Shown: positions 42,359 through 61,400 of the stretch, piece by piece
Numbering within the stretch: position 1 is the first letter of the stretch
Layout of the letters: every line of letters begins with the position of its first letter
Source of the DNA: Macrostomum lignano
Lineage: Eukaryota
NCBI GenBank assembly: GCA_002269645.1
Contig: NIVC01000688.1
Coordinates: 6,692 to 70,691 of the forward strand
Direction of reading: 5' to 3'
Length of the DNA stretch: 64,000 nt
The notes under the pieces: model-generated
Database searches by the model: none
Told to the model about the DNA's origin: nothing
Seen by the model: only the letters and a program-made list of their open reading frames with translations
Translations under genes and position numbers: made by a program

Positions 42359-43018
42359 ATGCCATCACGCCAAACCCCCACACCCCCACCCCAGGAGGAC
42401 CCAGTCCAGTTTCGCGACCTTCACCACTTTGGCTGCTACTACAGCCTGGAGGACATTCTGGCTACAGGCGAACGGCTCAAGTGCGTCACCGGTGACGCGC
42501 TGCCCCGCCTGGCCGGGCTGGAGGTGGGCGGCGGTCACTCGGACGAAGACTTGCCAGCAGGAGTGAAGATCGAGCTGCCCTTATTCATGGTGTCGCACGT
42601 GTTTGTGCGCCTTCGGCAGGCCTGCTCGCTCCGCGTGGAGCCCCCGCGCTGCCTGACGGAGGCGCAGAAGAACATCTTCAGCGCTGACCCCACCGTGGTG
42701 AACCTGCGCCAGCTGTCGCCTCAGCTCTACCTGCAGGGCATGCACCTGCTGCTGCTGCCGGGGGCATCAAGGCCTGACATCGCCCACACCCTGTGCAAGC
42801 TGCTCAGGGGAAGAGTCTGCGCCATCATGGACCGAGCTCTGCACTCGCCGCTGAATGAGCACTGCTCAATTGTCAACATGCTGGACGACACCGAGATGCT
42901 GTTGTTTGGCATCGGCAGGGACACCGCCAGGAAGCTGCAGTGTTGGGACTCGGGGCGTCTGCACTCCATCACCGTGTCTGAGACTGTGCTCAGGCACCGA
43001 AAGAGGATGGAGCGGTGA
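42359..43018 (+). CDS. GINS3: GINS complex subunit 3 (PSF3), intronless, 219 aa
   Basis: YYSLEDILA, KIELPLF, FSADPTVVNL, LDDTEMLLF and QCWDSG..ITVS..RKR correspond to the PSF3 conserved blocks as I recall them. Confidence 0.9.
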   Translation: MPSRQTPTPPPQEDPVQFRDLHHFGCYYSLEDILATGERLKCVTGDALPRLAGLEVGGGHSDEDLPAGVKIELPLFMVSHVFVRLRQACSLRVEPPRCLTEAQKNIFSADPTVVNLRQLSPQLYLQGMHLLLLPGASRPDIAHTLCKLLRGRVCAIMDRALHSPLNEHCSIVNMLDDTEMLLFGIGRDTARKLQCWDSGRLHSITVSETVLRHRKRMER

Positions 43019-43094
43019 CCTCCTGCTACCTGTGACTTCGGCTCACCGTCTCAGGCACCTCATTGAATCACTGCCTCAGGCACCTCACTGCCTC

Positions 43095-43305
43095 ATAGAC
43101 ACCCAACACTCAGACACTCAGCACTCAGACATACAGCACTCAGACACCCAGCACTCAGACGCCCAGCACTCAGACATCCACCCTCAGACACCCAGCACTC
43201 AGACATCAAGCCCTCTGACATCCACCCTATGACACCCAGCACTCACGCACCCAGGCCTCAGTCACTCAGCACTCAGACATCCACTCTCAGACACCCAACA
43301 CTCAG
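43095..43305. repeat. Degenerate ~15-bp repeat (CAGCACTCAGACACC) just 3' of GINS3
   Basis: Direct inspection. Confidence 0.8.
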
Positions 43306-44432
43306 CCGTCAGTGCCCCCTATTAGTCATAATGGCTGCAATCCACATCATGTACTTTATAAGGGCCAATTCAAAGTCACGTGGTTCTGCTTGGCTCCAGA
43401 ACGAACCTTCAACTCGCACTGCTCCGACTGTCTCCTGCTGCATGCATTTGCTCAAAGTCTGCTTCCCTTTGGATTTAGAATTTCTAAAGTAGGCATAAAA
43501 GGGGAAGAGTTTTACACCTTCTGCCCCACTTTCGCCTCTCTTATGCCTATTTTGTTCCACTTGTGCACTGCGTGTTCACCTGAGTGCCTCTGCAAGGTCA
43601 AAAGGTGAATTTAAGGCACGAAATAGGCGGTAGGGGCACAGGTGTCACAGGGGAGTTGGGTGCATTAAAGGTGCACAGTGTGTATTGGAGGCGCAAAAAG
43701 TGGACAAAAGGTGCACAGTGGGCACTTTAGAAGCAATGCGAGGGGCGTTCCAACTTGTAAAAGTTCGTTGCTACTTTTCCTCACTAATGCGAAACTTTTC
43801 ACTTTCAACTTCACTTTCAATGAACTCATGTTCCATGCTGGTCTGCGCGCATTTGCTAGTCTCTGTGCTGCTTTTGCATGCCATTGTGCTGCTTCTTTTG
43901 TACGCCCTGTTCTGTGCTGTAACAGTCGTGGCTTTTCTAAATACAAATATACCTGACACTGTACCAATTTACATTTATTGCTATGGTTACAAATGTTCAT
44001 TCACTTATTTGACAATAGCGTTCAACATTTCACACATAAGAACGACATGAGGACAGCCTGAGAAGGCATGTCCACAAAAATGAGAATTCCTTACAAACCT
44101 GCAGTCCTCTAAAATTCTGCAACATTTCTTCAAAATTCCATGAATTCCGTCAACTAAGTACTTGTCTCATTTGACCCGCAATCAGAGCTCAATCAGATTC
44201 AGGGCTGCTCAATGCACTGCTAATTCAAGTAGCCTCGCACTGATATTGCTGCAGTTCTTCCGTTCCATCAAATCTGCCAATAAAATCTGTTGCAGAGGCG
44301 GCCGCTGCCCTGCCGGACTCTGGGCTGAGCCGAGACACCTGCGACTGAGCTGATAGCCATGGCACAGCGAGGGAAACCACCATTTCCTGACGAAAGAGTA
44401 AGTAAAGATCAAGTGAGAAAACCGAAACCATA

Positions 44433-45979
44433 TTAAAATTTGTAGGCTTGATTGCAGCTGCAGGAACTCACATGTTTGAATGTGCAGCTTGGGTGCCTCA
44501 ATTGCAGTTGCAGGAACTCACTCACATGTTTGAATGAGCAGCTTGGGTGACTCAATTGCAGCTGCAGGAACTCACTCACATGTTTGAATGTGCAGCTTGG
44601 GTGACTCAATTGCAGCTGCAGGAACTCACTCACATGTTTGAATGAGCAGCTTGGGTGCCTCAATTGCAGTTGCAGGAACTCACTCACATGTTTGAATGAG
44701 CAGCTTGGGTGCCTCAATTGCAGTTGCAGGAACTCACTCACATGTTTGAATGTGCAGCTTGGGTGCCTCAATTGCAGTTGCAGGAACTCACTCACATGTT
44801 TGAATGTGCAGCTTGGGTGCCTCAATCGCAGTTGCAGGAACTCACATGTTTGAATGTGCAGCTTGGGTGCCTCAATTGCAGTTGCAGGAACTCACTCACA
44901 TGTTTGAATGTGCAGCTTGGGTGCCTCAATTGCAGTGGCATGAACTCACTCACATGTTTGAATGTGCAGCTTGGGTGCCTCAATTGCAGTTGCGGGAACT
45001 CACTCACATGTTTGAATGTGCAGCTTGGGTGCCTCAATTGCAGTTGCAGGAAGTCACTCACATGTTTGAATGTGCAGCTTGGGTGCCTCAATTGCAGCTG
45101 CAGGAACTCACTCACATGTTTGAATGTGCAGCTTGGGTGCCTCAATTGCAGTTGCAGGAACTCACTCACATGTTTGAATGTGCAGCTTGGGTGCCTCAAT
45201 TGCAGTGGCATGAACTCACTCACATGTTTGAATGTGCAGCTTGGGTGCCTCAATTGCAGTTGCGGGAACTCACTCACATGTTTGAATGTGCAGCTTGGGT
45301 GCCTCAATTGCAGTTGCAGGAAGTCACTCACATGTTTGAATGTGCAGCTTGGGTGCCTCAATTGCAGTTGCAGGAACTCACTCACATGTTTGAATGTGCA
45401 GCTTGGGTGCCTCAATTGCAGTTGCAGAAACTCACTCACATGTTTGAATGTGCAGCTTGGGTGCCTCAATTGCAGTTGCAGGAACTCACTCACATGTTTG
45501 AATGTGCAGCTTGGGTGCCTCAATTGCAGTTGCAGGAACTCACTCACATGTTTGAATGTGCAGCTTGGGTGCCTCAATTGCAGTTGCAGAAACTCACTCA
45601 CATGTTTGAATGTGCAGCTTGGGTGCCTCAATTGCAGTTGCAGGAACTCACTCACATGTTTGAATGTGCAGCTTGGGTGCCTCAATTGCAGTTGCAGGAA
45701 CTCACTCACATGTTTGAATGTGCAGCTTGGGTGCCTCAATTGCAGCTGCAGGAACTCACTCACATGTTTGAATGTGCAGCTTGGGTGCCTCAATTGCAGT
45801 GGCATGAACTCACTCACATGTTTGAATGTGCAGCTTGGGTGCCTCAATTGCAGCTGCAGGAACTCACTCACATGTTTGAATGTGCAGCTTGGGTGCCTCA
45901 ATTGCAGTTGCAGGAACTCACTCACATGTTTGAATGTGCAGCTTGGGTGCCTCAATTGCAGTTGCAGAAACTCACTCAG
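44433..45979. repeat. 54-bp minisatellite (GAATGTGCAGCTTGGGTGCCTCAATTGCAGTTGCAGGAACTCACTCACATGTTT), ~28 copies, intron 1 of the ankyrin gene
   Basis: Direct inspection; the unit length is a multiple of 3, which explains the long repetitive ORFs. Confidence 0.98.
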
Positions 45980-46111
45980 CCGGACCCCACCAACCGGGCA
46001 AGCGTCGGAGACTCACCAGCCGATCTCCAGACTCTCGCCCATGACGTCATCCGAGGTGACTTCGGCAAGGTGCAACGGCTGGCAACGCGCCAGCTGGTCA
46101 CCAGCGCTGAT

Positions 46112-49795
<3,684 letters not shown>

Positions 49796-50319
49796 CTACA
49801 TCGAGCGGTGAGTGAGCAGTTCGCTGCTGTGTCCATAAAGTTTTGCAGCATTCGGCTGGGGTGGCCAGAGCTGCAGTCTCAGGCCAGCCAATCAGAGCCA
49901 GTCAGCTGAGCTTGTCTCTGTCTGACTGCTTGATGGACGAGAGCTGTGATTGGCTGGCTGCCTTCCAGCCAGATTGTATTAATTAGTTCATTTTTATTAT
50001 CGGCGCCTTTTAACATGCAACTCTGTGCAGCTCTATATAACCCTAACCCTAACCACAGAAGCTTTTACCTTGAATATTTTATGCTTGACAAGTAAAAAGC
50101 ATCTTTTTATAGATTTCAATTTAACAGTCTGAATGGGCTGTATATTAATGGATATATTATAAATTAAATTGATAGATAGCAGCTTGACAGAGATTATATG
50201 GATAGATTGTAGTTTATTAAAAGGGATTTTGAAGAAGTTCACTCTCATGGAGTTCTGTTTCACAGAGAGGATTTCGATGGATTTGGCACCTTCAGTCAGT
50301 AGTCAGAGAAGAGAGAGTA

Positions 50320-50820
50320 AAGAGAAAAATAAAAAGAGAGGAAATGAGTGATGATAGAACAGATAGCGGGTATGAGAGAGGACAGATTAGAGATATTAGA
50401 TAGAAGAGAAGAGGAGAGAGGTTAAAAGGGAGATATGAGATAGCAGAGAGGAGACAGAAGAGAGGAGAGGAGAAGAGAGGAGGGATAAGAGCGTACGAGG
50501 AAATAGAAGAGAGGAGAGAGTAGAGAAAGAAAAAGAGTAGATGTTAGATATGAGAGATGAGAGAGGAGAGGAGAGATGAGAGAGAGTAAGAAGATGAGGG
50601 AGAAGAGATAAATAAGGGAGTAGCTAGCTGAGAGGAGAGATAAGTGAGAGGAGAAGTGAGGGAGGAGTAAAGAGGGCGATAAAAGATCAGAGATAAGAGA
50701 GTAGAGAGGAGAAAGAAGAGGGTAAAAATCAGAGCGCAGGACGCAGAGATAAGAGATGAAATATATGGCAGTAGAGATAAGAGTGGAGAGATGAGATACT
50801 AGAGATAAGAGAGCAAAGAG
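50320..50820. repeat. GA-rich low-complexity tract in an ankyrin gene intron
   Basis: Direct inspection (AGAG/GAGATA runs). Confidence 0.9.
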
Positions 50821-52430
50821 AGAGGATACCGAAGAGGCTGAGTCTGGACAATGGCAGTCAGTTTTTGCGAACAGGGAAAACAATATATGGCATTTAAAAG
50901 ATTCTACAGAGGATTTGGAGATGATGTGGTAAATGGGATTCAAGTCATGGAATTTCAGCTGATGGATATCAGGAAATGGAATTCCGGTGATGGGAATTCC
51001 TCCCCTTTCTCCTCCGAAGGAGGAGTTCCACTCGTTTACTAAATTTATCATCAAATTTTGTCTAGCAACTTTAAACCTCATTTAAGTGATCGTAGTTGTC
51101 GGATTTGAGAAAATTGCAAAATCGCTGCTCATTTTTGTTGTTGCAGGGAGATGCAGCTGGTTGTGGATGCAGATGGCTGGATCTCCGGCCTGACAGACCA
51201 GGTGAGCGGCATCTGCGGTGCTGATGCGGCTGCAGCTGAGCAGCTGTGCTCAAATTTCCAGCTCGCCTTTGCAGGAGGAGGCGGATCGACAGAAACTGCA
51301 GCGGCTGGCCGTGGCGGGCGACTTGGCGGGGCTGCGGCGAGCGGCGACCCGCGGCAGCTGCGACCTGCCTAACCAATGGGGTCGCACCCCGTTGATGTGG
51401 GCAGCTAACAAAAGCTCGTGCGTTGATGAGGCTCTGTGGGAGCAGCTGGCGCAGCTGGGTGACCCCACCTGTGCGAATAAATCGGCTAACAGTTGCCTGC
51501 ATCTTGCAGCCATGGATGGCAATTCTGCCGCAGCCTCCGCTCTGCTGGCTGCCGGAGCCTCCGCCAATGTCTGGAATTTTCGGAACGCCACACCCCTCAT
51601 GGAGGCAGCCATCCGTGCGCCCCCCGCCACCGCCGCAGTCGGTCGGGTTCTGCTGGACTCAGGGGCGGATTGGAGCCTGAAGAACCAATTAGGCAAGACT
51701 GCTCTGGATTTTGCCACACAGAAGGGAAAGAGCGAACTGGCTGAGCTGCTGCGTGGGTGAGTTTCCATGGCGACTGAGAATGTCTCTCTGACTTTGATTT
51801 ATCATTGATAAACATTATGCTGTAATTTATGATTGAATATTGAGCAGCTGACTGCAGTTGCTCTGAGTGGGCATTTTTGCATTTTTGTAGTTTAAATGGG
51901 CAGCAGACACTGACTGAGCTGCATTGAGGGAGTTTGCAGTGCAGTTTGACTGCAGATTGCCAGTTGAATATTAATGTTCAGCTGCCTGCGAGCTGTAAGA
52001 CACCTGCAAGCCTGCAAGCAGTTTGCTGTGACAGCTGAGTTCAATTCTCTTATCTGATTTTTTAGGCTTTTCTGTTAATATTACAATAAAAGAGAAGGTA
52101 TTTAAAAATTTTATTTCATTCCTATTTTAACAAAAAGAAGAAACGAAGCACAGAGCATGGACTCTCAACTGAATTCCCCCTAACTTCAGACTCCGCACTG
52201 CCCATTTAGGTACGACGGCAAGATTTACTTCGAGGAGTCTCTGGCACTGCCGTGAGTTTTTCAAACCGTCAAACGGTATAAGAAATCAAATAATTAAATA
52301 AAAATTTCACCTACAATATTTTTAGAAAGCCCAAACATGCCATGCGTTTAGAACCAGTTCATCGTCAACTGCCAAGGTATTACTAGAAGTCTGTACTGAT
52401 TGAAATACTTTACTGAGTATCTGCTGCATT

Positions 52431-55400
52431 CTACAGCTACAGCACACAGCTACAGCACACAGCTACAGCACACAGCTACAGCACACAGCTACAGCACACA
52501 GCTACAGCACACAGCTACAGCACACACAGCTACAGCACACAGCTACAGCACACAGCTACAGCACACAGCTACAGCACACACAGCTACAGCACACACAGCT
52601 ACAGCACACACAGCTACAGCACACACAGCTACAGCACACACAGCTACAGCACACAGCTACAGCACACAGCTACAGCACACAGCTACAGCACACAGCTACA
52701 GCACACAGCTACAGCACACACAGCTACAGCACACAGCTACAGCACACAGCTACAGCACACACAGCTACAGCACACAGCTACAGCACACAGCTACAGCACA
52801 CAGCTACAGCACACAGCTACAGCACACAGCTACAGCACACAGCTACAGCACACAGCTACAGCACACAGCTACAGCACACAGCTACAGCACACAGCTACAG
52901 CACACAGCTACAGCACACAGCTACAGCACACAGCTACAGCACACAGCTACAGCACACAGCTACAGCACACAGCTACAGCACACAGCTACAGCACACACAG
53001 CTACAGCACACACAGCTACAGCACACACAGCTACAGCACACAGCTACAGCACACACAGCTACAGCACACAGCTACAGCACACACAGCTACAGCACACACA
53101 GCTACAGCACACACAGCTACAGCACACACAGCTACAGCACACACAGCTACAGCACACAGCTACAGCACACAGCTACAGCACACAGCTACAGCACACAGCT
53201 ACAGCACACAGCTACAGCACACAGCTACAGCACACAGCTACAGCACACACAGCTACAGCACACACAGCTACAGCACACAGCTACAGCACACAGCTACAGC
53301 ACACAGCTACAGCACACAGCTACAGCACACACAGCTACAGCACACAGCTACAGCACACACAGCTACAGCACACACAGCTACAGCACACACAGCTACAGCA
53401 CACAGCTACAGCACACACAGCTACAGCACACACAGCTACAGCACACACAGCTACAGCACACACAGCTACAGCACACACAGCTACAGCACACACAGCTACA
53501 GCACACACAGCTACAGCACACACAGCTACAGCACACACAGCTACAGCACACACAGCTACAGCACACACAGCTACAGCACACACAGCTACAGCACACACAG
53601 CTACAGCACACACAGCTACAGCACACACAGCTACAGCACACACAGCTACAGCACACACAGCTACAGCACACACAGCTACAGCACACACAGCTACAGCACA
53701 CAGCTACAGCACACACAGCTACAGCACACACAGCTACAGCACACACAGCTACAGCACACACAGCTACAGCACACACAGCTACAGCACACACAGCTACAGC
53801 ACACACAGCTACAGCACACACAGCTACAGCACACAGCTACAGCACACACAGCTACAGCACACACAGCTACAGCACACACAGCTACAGCACACACAGCTAC
53901 AGCACACAGCTACAGCACACACAGCTACAGCACACACAGCTACAGCACACAGCTACAGCACACACAGCTACAGCACACACAGCTACAGCACACACAGCTA
54001 CAGCACACAGCTACAGCACACACAGCTACAGCACACACAGCTACAGCACACAGCTACAGCACACACAGCTACAGCACACACAGCTACAGCACACACAGCT
54101 ACAGCACACAGCTACAGCACACAGCTACAGCACACACAGCTACAGCACACAGCTACAGCACACAGCTACAGCACACAGCTACAGCACACACAGCTACAGC
54201 ACACACAGCTACAGCACACAGCTACAGCACACAGCTACAGCACACACAGCTACAGCACACACAGCTACAGCACACAGCTACAGCACACAGCTACAGCACA
54301 CACAGCTACAGCACACACAGCTACAGCACACACAGCTACAGCACACAGCTACAGCACACACAGCTACAGCACACACAGCTACAGCACACACAGCTACAGC
54401 ACACACAGCTACAGCACACACAGCTACAGCACACACAGCTACAGCACACACAGCTACAGCACACACAGCTACAGCACACAGCTACAGCACACACAGCTAC
54501 AGCACACACAGCTACAGCACACACAGCTACAGCACACACAGCTACAGCACACAGCTACAGCACACAGCTACAGCACACACAGCTACAGCACACACAGCTA
54601 CAGCACACAGCTACAGCACACAGCTACAGCACACACAGCTACAGCACACACAGCTACAGCACACAGCTACAGCACACACAGCTACAGCACACACAGCTAC
54701 AGCACACAGCTACAGCACACACAGCTACAGCACACACAGCTACAGCACACACAGCTACAGCACACACAGCTACAGCACACACAGCTACAGCACACACAGC
54801 TACAGCACACACAGCTACAGCACACACAGCTACAGCACACACAGCTACAGCACACACAGCTACAGCACACACAGCTACAGCACACACAGCTACAGCACAC
54901 ACAGCTACAGCACACACAGCTACAGCACACACAGCTACAGCACACAGCTACAGCACACACAGCTACAGCACACACAGCTACAGCACACACAGCTACAGCA
55001 CACACAGCTACAGCACACACAGCTACAGCACACACAGCTACAGCACACACAGCTACAGCACACAGCTACAGCACACACAGCTACAGCACACAGCTACAGC
55101 ACACACAGCTACAGCACACACAGCTACAGCACACACAGCTACAGCACACAGCTACAGCACACACAGCTACAGCACACAGCTACAGCACACACAGCTACAG
55201 CACACACAGCTACAGCACACACAGCTACAGCACACACAGCTACAGCACACACAGCTACAGCACACACAGCTACAGCACACACAGCTACAGCACACACAGC
55301 TACAGCACACAGCTACAGCACACAGCTACAGCACACACAGCTACAGCACACACAGCTACAGCACACACAGCTACAGCACACAGCTACAGCACACACAGCT

Positions 55401-58400
55401 ACAGCACACACAGCTACAGCACACACAGCTACAGCACACAGCTACAGCACACAGCTACAGCACACAGCTACAGCACACACAGCTACAGCACACACAGCTA
55501 CAGCACACACAGCTACAGCACACAGCTACAGCACACAGCTACAGCACACACAGCTACAGCACACACAGCTACAGCACACAGCTACAGCACACAGCTACAG
55601 CACACACAGCTACAGCACACACAGCTACAGCACACACAGCTACAGCACACAGCTACAGCACACACAGCTACAGCACACACAGCTACAGCACACACAGCTA
55701 CAGCACACAGCTACAGCACACACAGCTACAGCACACACAGCTACAGCACACACAGCTACAGCACACACAGCTACAGCACACACAGCTACAGCACACACAG
55801 CTACAGCACACACAGCTACAGCACACACAGCTACAGCACACACAGCTACAGCACACACAGCTACAGCACACACAGCTACAGCACACAGCTACAGCACACA
55901 CAGCTACAGCACACACAGCTACAGCACACACAGCTACAGCACACACAGCTACAGCACACACAGCTACAGCACACACAGCTACAGCACACACTACAGCTAC
56001 AGCACACACAGCTACAGCACACACAGCTACAGCACACACAGCTACAGCACACACAGCTACAGCACACACAGCTACAGCACACAGCTACAGCACACACAGC
56101 TACAGCACACAGCTACAGCACACACAGCTACAGCACACACAGCTACAGCACACACAGCTACAGCACACACAGCTACAGCACACACAGCTACAGCACACAC
56201 AGCTACAGCACACACAGCTACAGCACACAGCTACAGCACACAGCTACAGCACACAGCTACAGCACACACAGCTACAGCACACAGCTACAGCACACACAGC
56301 TACAGCACACAGCTACAGCACACAGCTACAGCACACACAGCTACAGCACACACAGCTACAGCACACACAGCTACAGCACACAGCTACAGCACACACAGCT
56401 ACAGCACACACAGCTACAGCACACAGCTACAGCACACACAGCTACAGCACACAGCTACAGCACACACAGCTACAGCACACACAGCTACAGCACACACAGC
56501 TACAGCACACACAGCTACAGCACACACAGCTACAGCACACACAGCTACAGCACACACAGCTACAGCACACAGCTACAGCACACACAGCTACAGCACACAC
56601 AGCTACAGCACACACAGCTACAGCACACAGCTACAGCACACACAGCTACAGCACACACAGCTACAGCACACAGCTACAGCACACACAGCTACAGCACACA
56701 CAGCTACAGCACACACAGCTACAGCACACAGCTACAGCACACAGCTACAGCACACACAGCTACAGCACACAGCTACAGCACACAGCTACAGCACACACAG
56801 CTACAGCACACACAGCTACAGCACACACAGCTACAGCACACAGCTACAGCACACAGCTACAGCACACACAGCTACAGCACACAGCTACAGCACACAGCTA
56901 CAGCACACAGCTACAGCACACACAGCTACAGCACACACAGCTACAGCACACACAGCTACAGCACACACAGCTACAGCACACAGCTACAGCACACACAGCT
57001 ACAGCACACACAGCTACAGCACACACAGCTACAGCACACAGCTACAGCACACAGCTACAGCACACACAGCTACAGCACACACAGCTACAGCACACACAGC
57101 TACAGCACACACAGCTACAGCACACACAGCTACAGCACACACAGCTACAGCACACACAGCTACAGCACACACAGCTACAGCACACACAGCTACAGCACAC
57201 ACAGCTACAGCACACACAGCTACAGCACACACAGCTACAGCACACACAGCTACAGCACACACAGCTACAGCACACACAGCTACAGCACACACAGCTACAG
57301 CACACACAGCTACAGCACACACAGCTACAGCACACACAGCTACAGCACACACAGCTACAGCACACACAGCTACAGCACACACAGCTACAGCACACAGCTA
57401 CAGCACACACAGCTACAGCACACAGCTACAGCACACACAGCTACAGCACACACAGCTACAGCACACACAGCTACAGCACACACAGCTACAGCACACAGCT
57501 ACAGCACACACAGCTACAGCACACAGCTACAGCACACACAGCTACAGCACACACAGCTACAGCACACACAGCTACAGCACACACAGCTACAGCACACAGC
57601 TACAGCACACACAGCTACAGCACACACAGCTACAGCACACAGCTACAGCACACACAGCTACAGCACACACAGCTACAGCACACAGCTACAGCACACAGCT
57701 ACAGCACACAGCTACAGCACACACAGCTACAGCACACAGCTACAGCACACACAGCTACAGCACACACAGCTACAGCACACACAGCTACAGCACACACAGC
57801 TACAGCACACAGCTACAGCACACACAGCTACAGCACACAGCTACAGCACACAGCTACAGCACACAGCTACAGCACACACAGCTACAGCACACACAGCTAC
57901 AGCACACAGCTACAGCACACAGCTACAGCACACACAGCTACAGCACACACAGCTACAGCACACACAGCTACAGCACACAGCTACAGCACACACAGCTACA
58001 GCACACACAGCTACAGCACACACAGCTACAGCACACAGCTACAGCACACACAGCTACAGCACACAGCTACAGCACACACAGCTACAGCACACACAGCTAC
58101 AGCACACACAGCTACAGCACACAGCTACAGCACACACAGCTACAGCACACACAGCTACAGCACACACAGCTACAGCACACACAGCTACAGCACACACAGC
58201 TACAGCACACAGCTACAGCACACAGCTACAGCACACAGCTACAGCACACACAGCTACAGCACACACAGCTACAGCACACACAGCTACAGCACACAGCTAC
58301 AGCACACACAGCTACAGCACACAGCTACAGCACACACAGCTACAGCACACAGCTACAGCACACACAGCTACAGCACACACAGCTACAGCACACACAGCTA

Positions 58401-61400
58401 CAGCACACACAGCTACAGCACACACAGCTACAGCACACACAGCTACAGCACACACAGCTACAGCACACACAGCTACAGCACACAGCTACAGCACACACAG
58501 CTACAGCACACACAGCTACAGCACACACAGCTACAGCACACACAGCTACAGCACACAGCTACAGCACACACAGCTACAGCACACACAGCTACAGCACACA
58601 CAGCTACAGCACACACAGCTACAGCACACACAGCTACAGCACACACAGCTACAGCACACACAGCTACAGCACACACAGCTACAGCACACACAGCTACAGC
58701 ACACACAGCTACAGCACACACAGCTACAGCACACACAGCTACAGCACACAGCTACAGCACACACAGCTACAGCACACACAGCTACAGCACACACAGCTAC
58801 AGCACACACAGCTACAGCACACACAGCTACAGCACACACAGCTACAGCACACACAGCTACAGCACACAGCTACAGCACACACAGCTACAGCACACACAGC
58901 TACAGCACACACAGCTACAGCACACAGCTACAGCACACACAGCTACAGCACACACAGCTACAGCACACACAGCTACAGCACACAGCTACAGCACACAGCT
59001 ACAGCACACAGCTACAGCACACACAGCTACAGCACACAGCTACAGCACACACAGCTACAGCACACACAGCTACAGCACACACAGCTACAGCACACAGCTA
59101 CAGCACACACAGCTACAGCACACAGCTACAGCACACAGCTACAGCACACACAGCTACAGCACACACAGCTACAGCACACAGCTACAGCACACAGCTACAG
59201 CACACACAGCTACAGCACACACAGCTACAGCACACAGCTACAGCACACAGCTACAGCACACACAGCTACAGCACACACAGCTACAGCACACACAGCTACA
59301 GCACACAGCTACAGCACACACAGCTACAGCACACACAGCTACAGCACACACAGCTACAGCACACAGCTACAGCACACACAGCTACAGCACACACAGCTAC
59401 AGCACACACAGCTACAGCACACACAGCTACAGCACACACAGCTACAGCACACACAGCTACAGCACACACAGCTACAGCACACAGCTACAGCACACACAGC
59501 TACAGCACACACAGCTACAGCACACACAGCTACAGCACACACAGCTACAGCACACACAGCTACAGCACACAGCTACAGCACACACAGCTACAGCACACAC
59601 AGCTACAGCACACACAGCTACAGCACACAGCTACAGCACACACAGCTACAGCACACACAGCTACAGCACACACAGCTACAGCACACACAGCTACAGCACA
59701 CACAGCTACAGCACACAGCTACAGCACACACAGCTACAGCACACAGCTACAGCACACAGCTACAGCACACAGCTACAGCACACACAGCTACAGCACACAC
59801 AGCTACAGCACACACAGCTACAGCACACAGCTACAGCACACAGCTACAGCACACAGCTACAGCACACACAGCTACAGCACACACAGCTACAGCACACACA
59901 GCTACAGCACACAGCTACAGCACACACAGCTACAGCACACAGCTACAGCACACAGCTACAGCACACACAGCTACAGCACACACAGCTACAGCACACAGCT
60001 ACAGCACACAGCTACAGCACACACAGCTACAGCACACACAGCTACAGCACACAGCTACAGCACACACAGCTACAGCACACACAGCTACAGCACACACAGC
60101 TACAGCACACACAGCTACAGCACACACAGCTACAGCACACACAGCTACAGCACACAGCTACAGCACACACAGCTACAGCACACACAGCTACAGCACACAG
60201 CTACAGCACACACAGCTACAGCACACACAGCTACAGCACACACAGCTACAGCACACACAGCTACAGCACACACAGCTACAGCACACAGCTACAGCACACA
60301 GCTACAGCACACAGCTACAGCACACACAGCTACAGCACACACAGCTACAGCACACAGCTACAGCACACACAGCTACAGCACACACAGCTACAGCACACAG
60401 CTACAGCACACAGCTACAGCACACAGCTACAGCACACACAGCTACAGCACACACAGCTACAGCACACAGCTACAGCACACAGCTACAGCACACACAGCTA
60501 CAGCACACACAGCTACAGCACACAGCTACAGCACACAGCTACAGCACACACAGCTACAGCACACACAGCTACAGCACACACAGCTACAGCACACAGCTAC
60601 AGCACACAGCTACAGCACACACAGCTACAGCACACACAGCTACAGCACACACAGCTACAGCACACAGCTACAGCACACACAGCTACAGCACACACAGCTA
60701 CAGCACACAGCTACAGCACACAGCTACAGCACACAGCTACAGCACACAGCTACAGCACACAGCTACAGCACACACAGCTACAGCACACACAGCTACAGCA
60801 CACAGCTACAGCACACACAGCTACAGCACACACAGCTACAGCACACACAGCTACAGCACACACAGCTACAGCACACAGCTACAGCACACACAGCTACAGC
60901 ACACACAGCTACAGCACACACAGCTACAGCACACACAGCTACAGCACACACAGCTACAGCACACACAGCTACAGCACACAGCTACAGCACACAGCTACAG
61001 CACACAGCTACAGCACACACAGCTACAGCACACACAGCTACAGCACACACAGCTACAGCACACACAGCTACAGCACACACAGCTACAGCACACACAGCTA
61101 CAGCACACACAGCTACAGCACACACAGCTACAGCACACAGCTACAGCACACACAGCTACAGCACACACAGCTACAGCACACAGCTACAGCACACACAGCT
61201 ACAGCACACACAGCTACAGCACACAGCTACAGCACACAGCTACAGCACACACAGCTACAGCACACACAGCTACAGCACACACAGCTACAGCACACACAGC
61301 TACAGCACACACAGCTACAGCACACACAGCTACAGCACACACAGCTACAGCACACACAGCTACAGCACACACAGCTACAGCACACACAGCTACAGCACAC

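Noticed and set aside
43309-44050. Possible DNA transposon or small gene between GINS3 and the ankyrin gene
   Set aside because: Short ORFs without recognisable motifs, and no matching terminal inverted repeats found.
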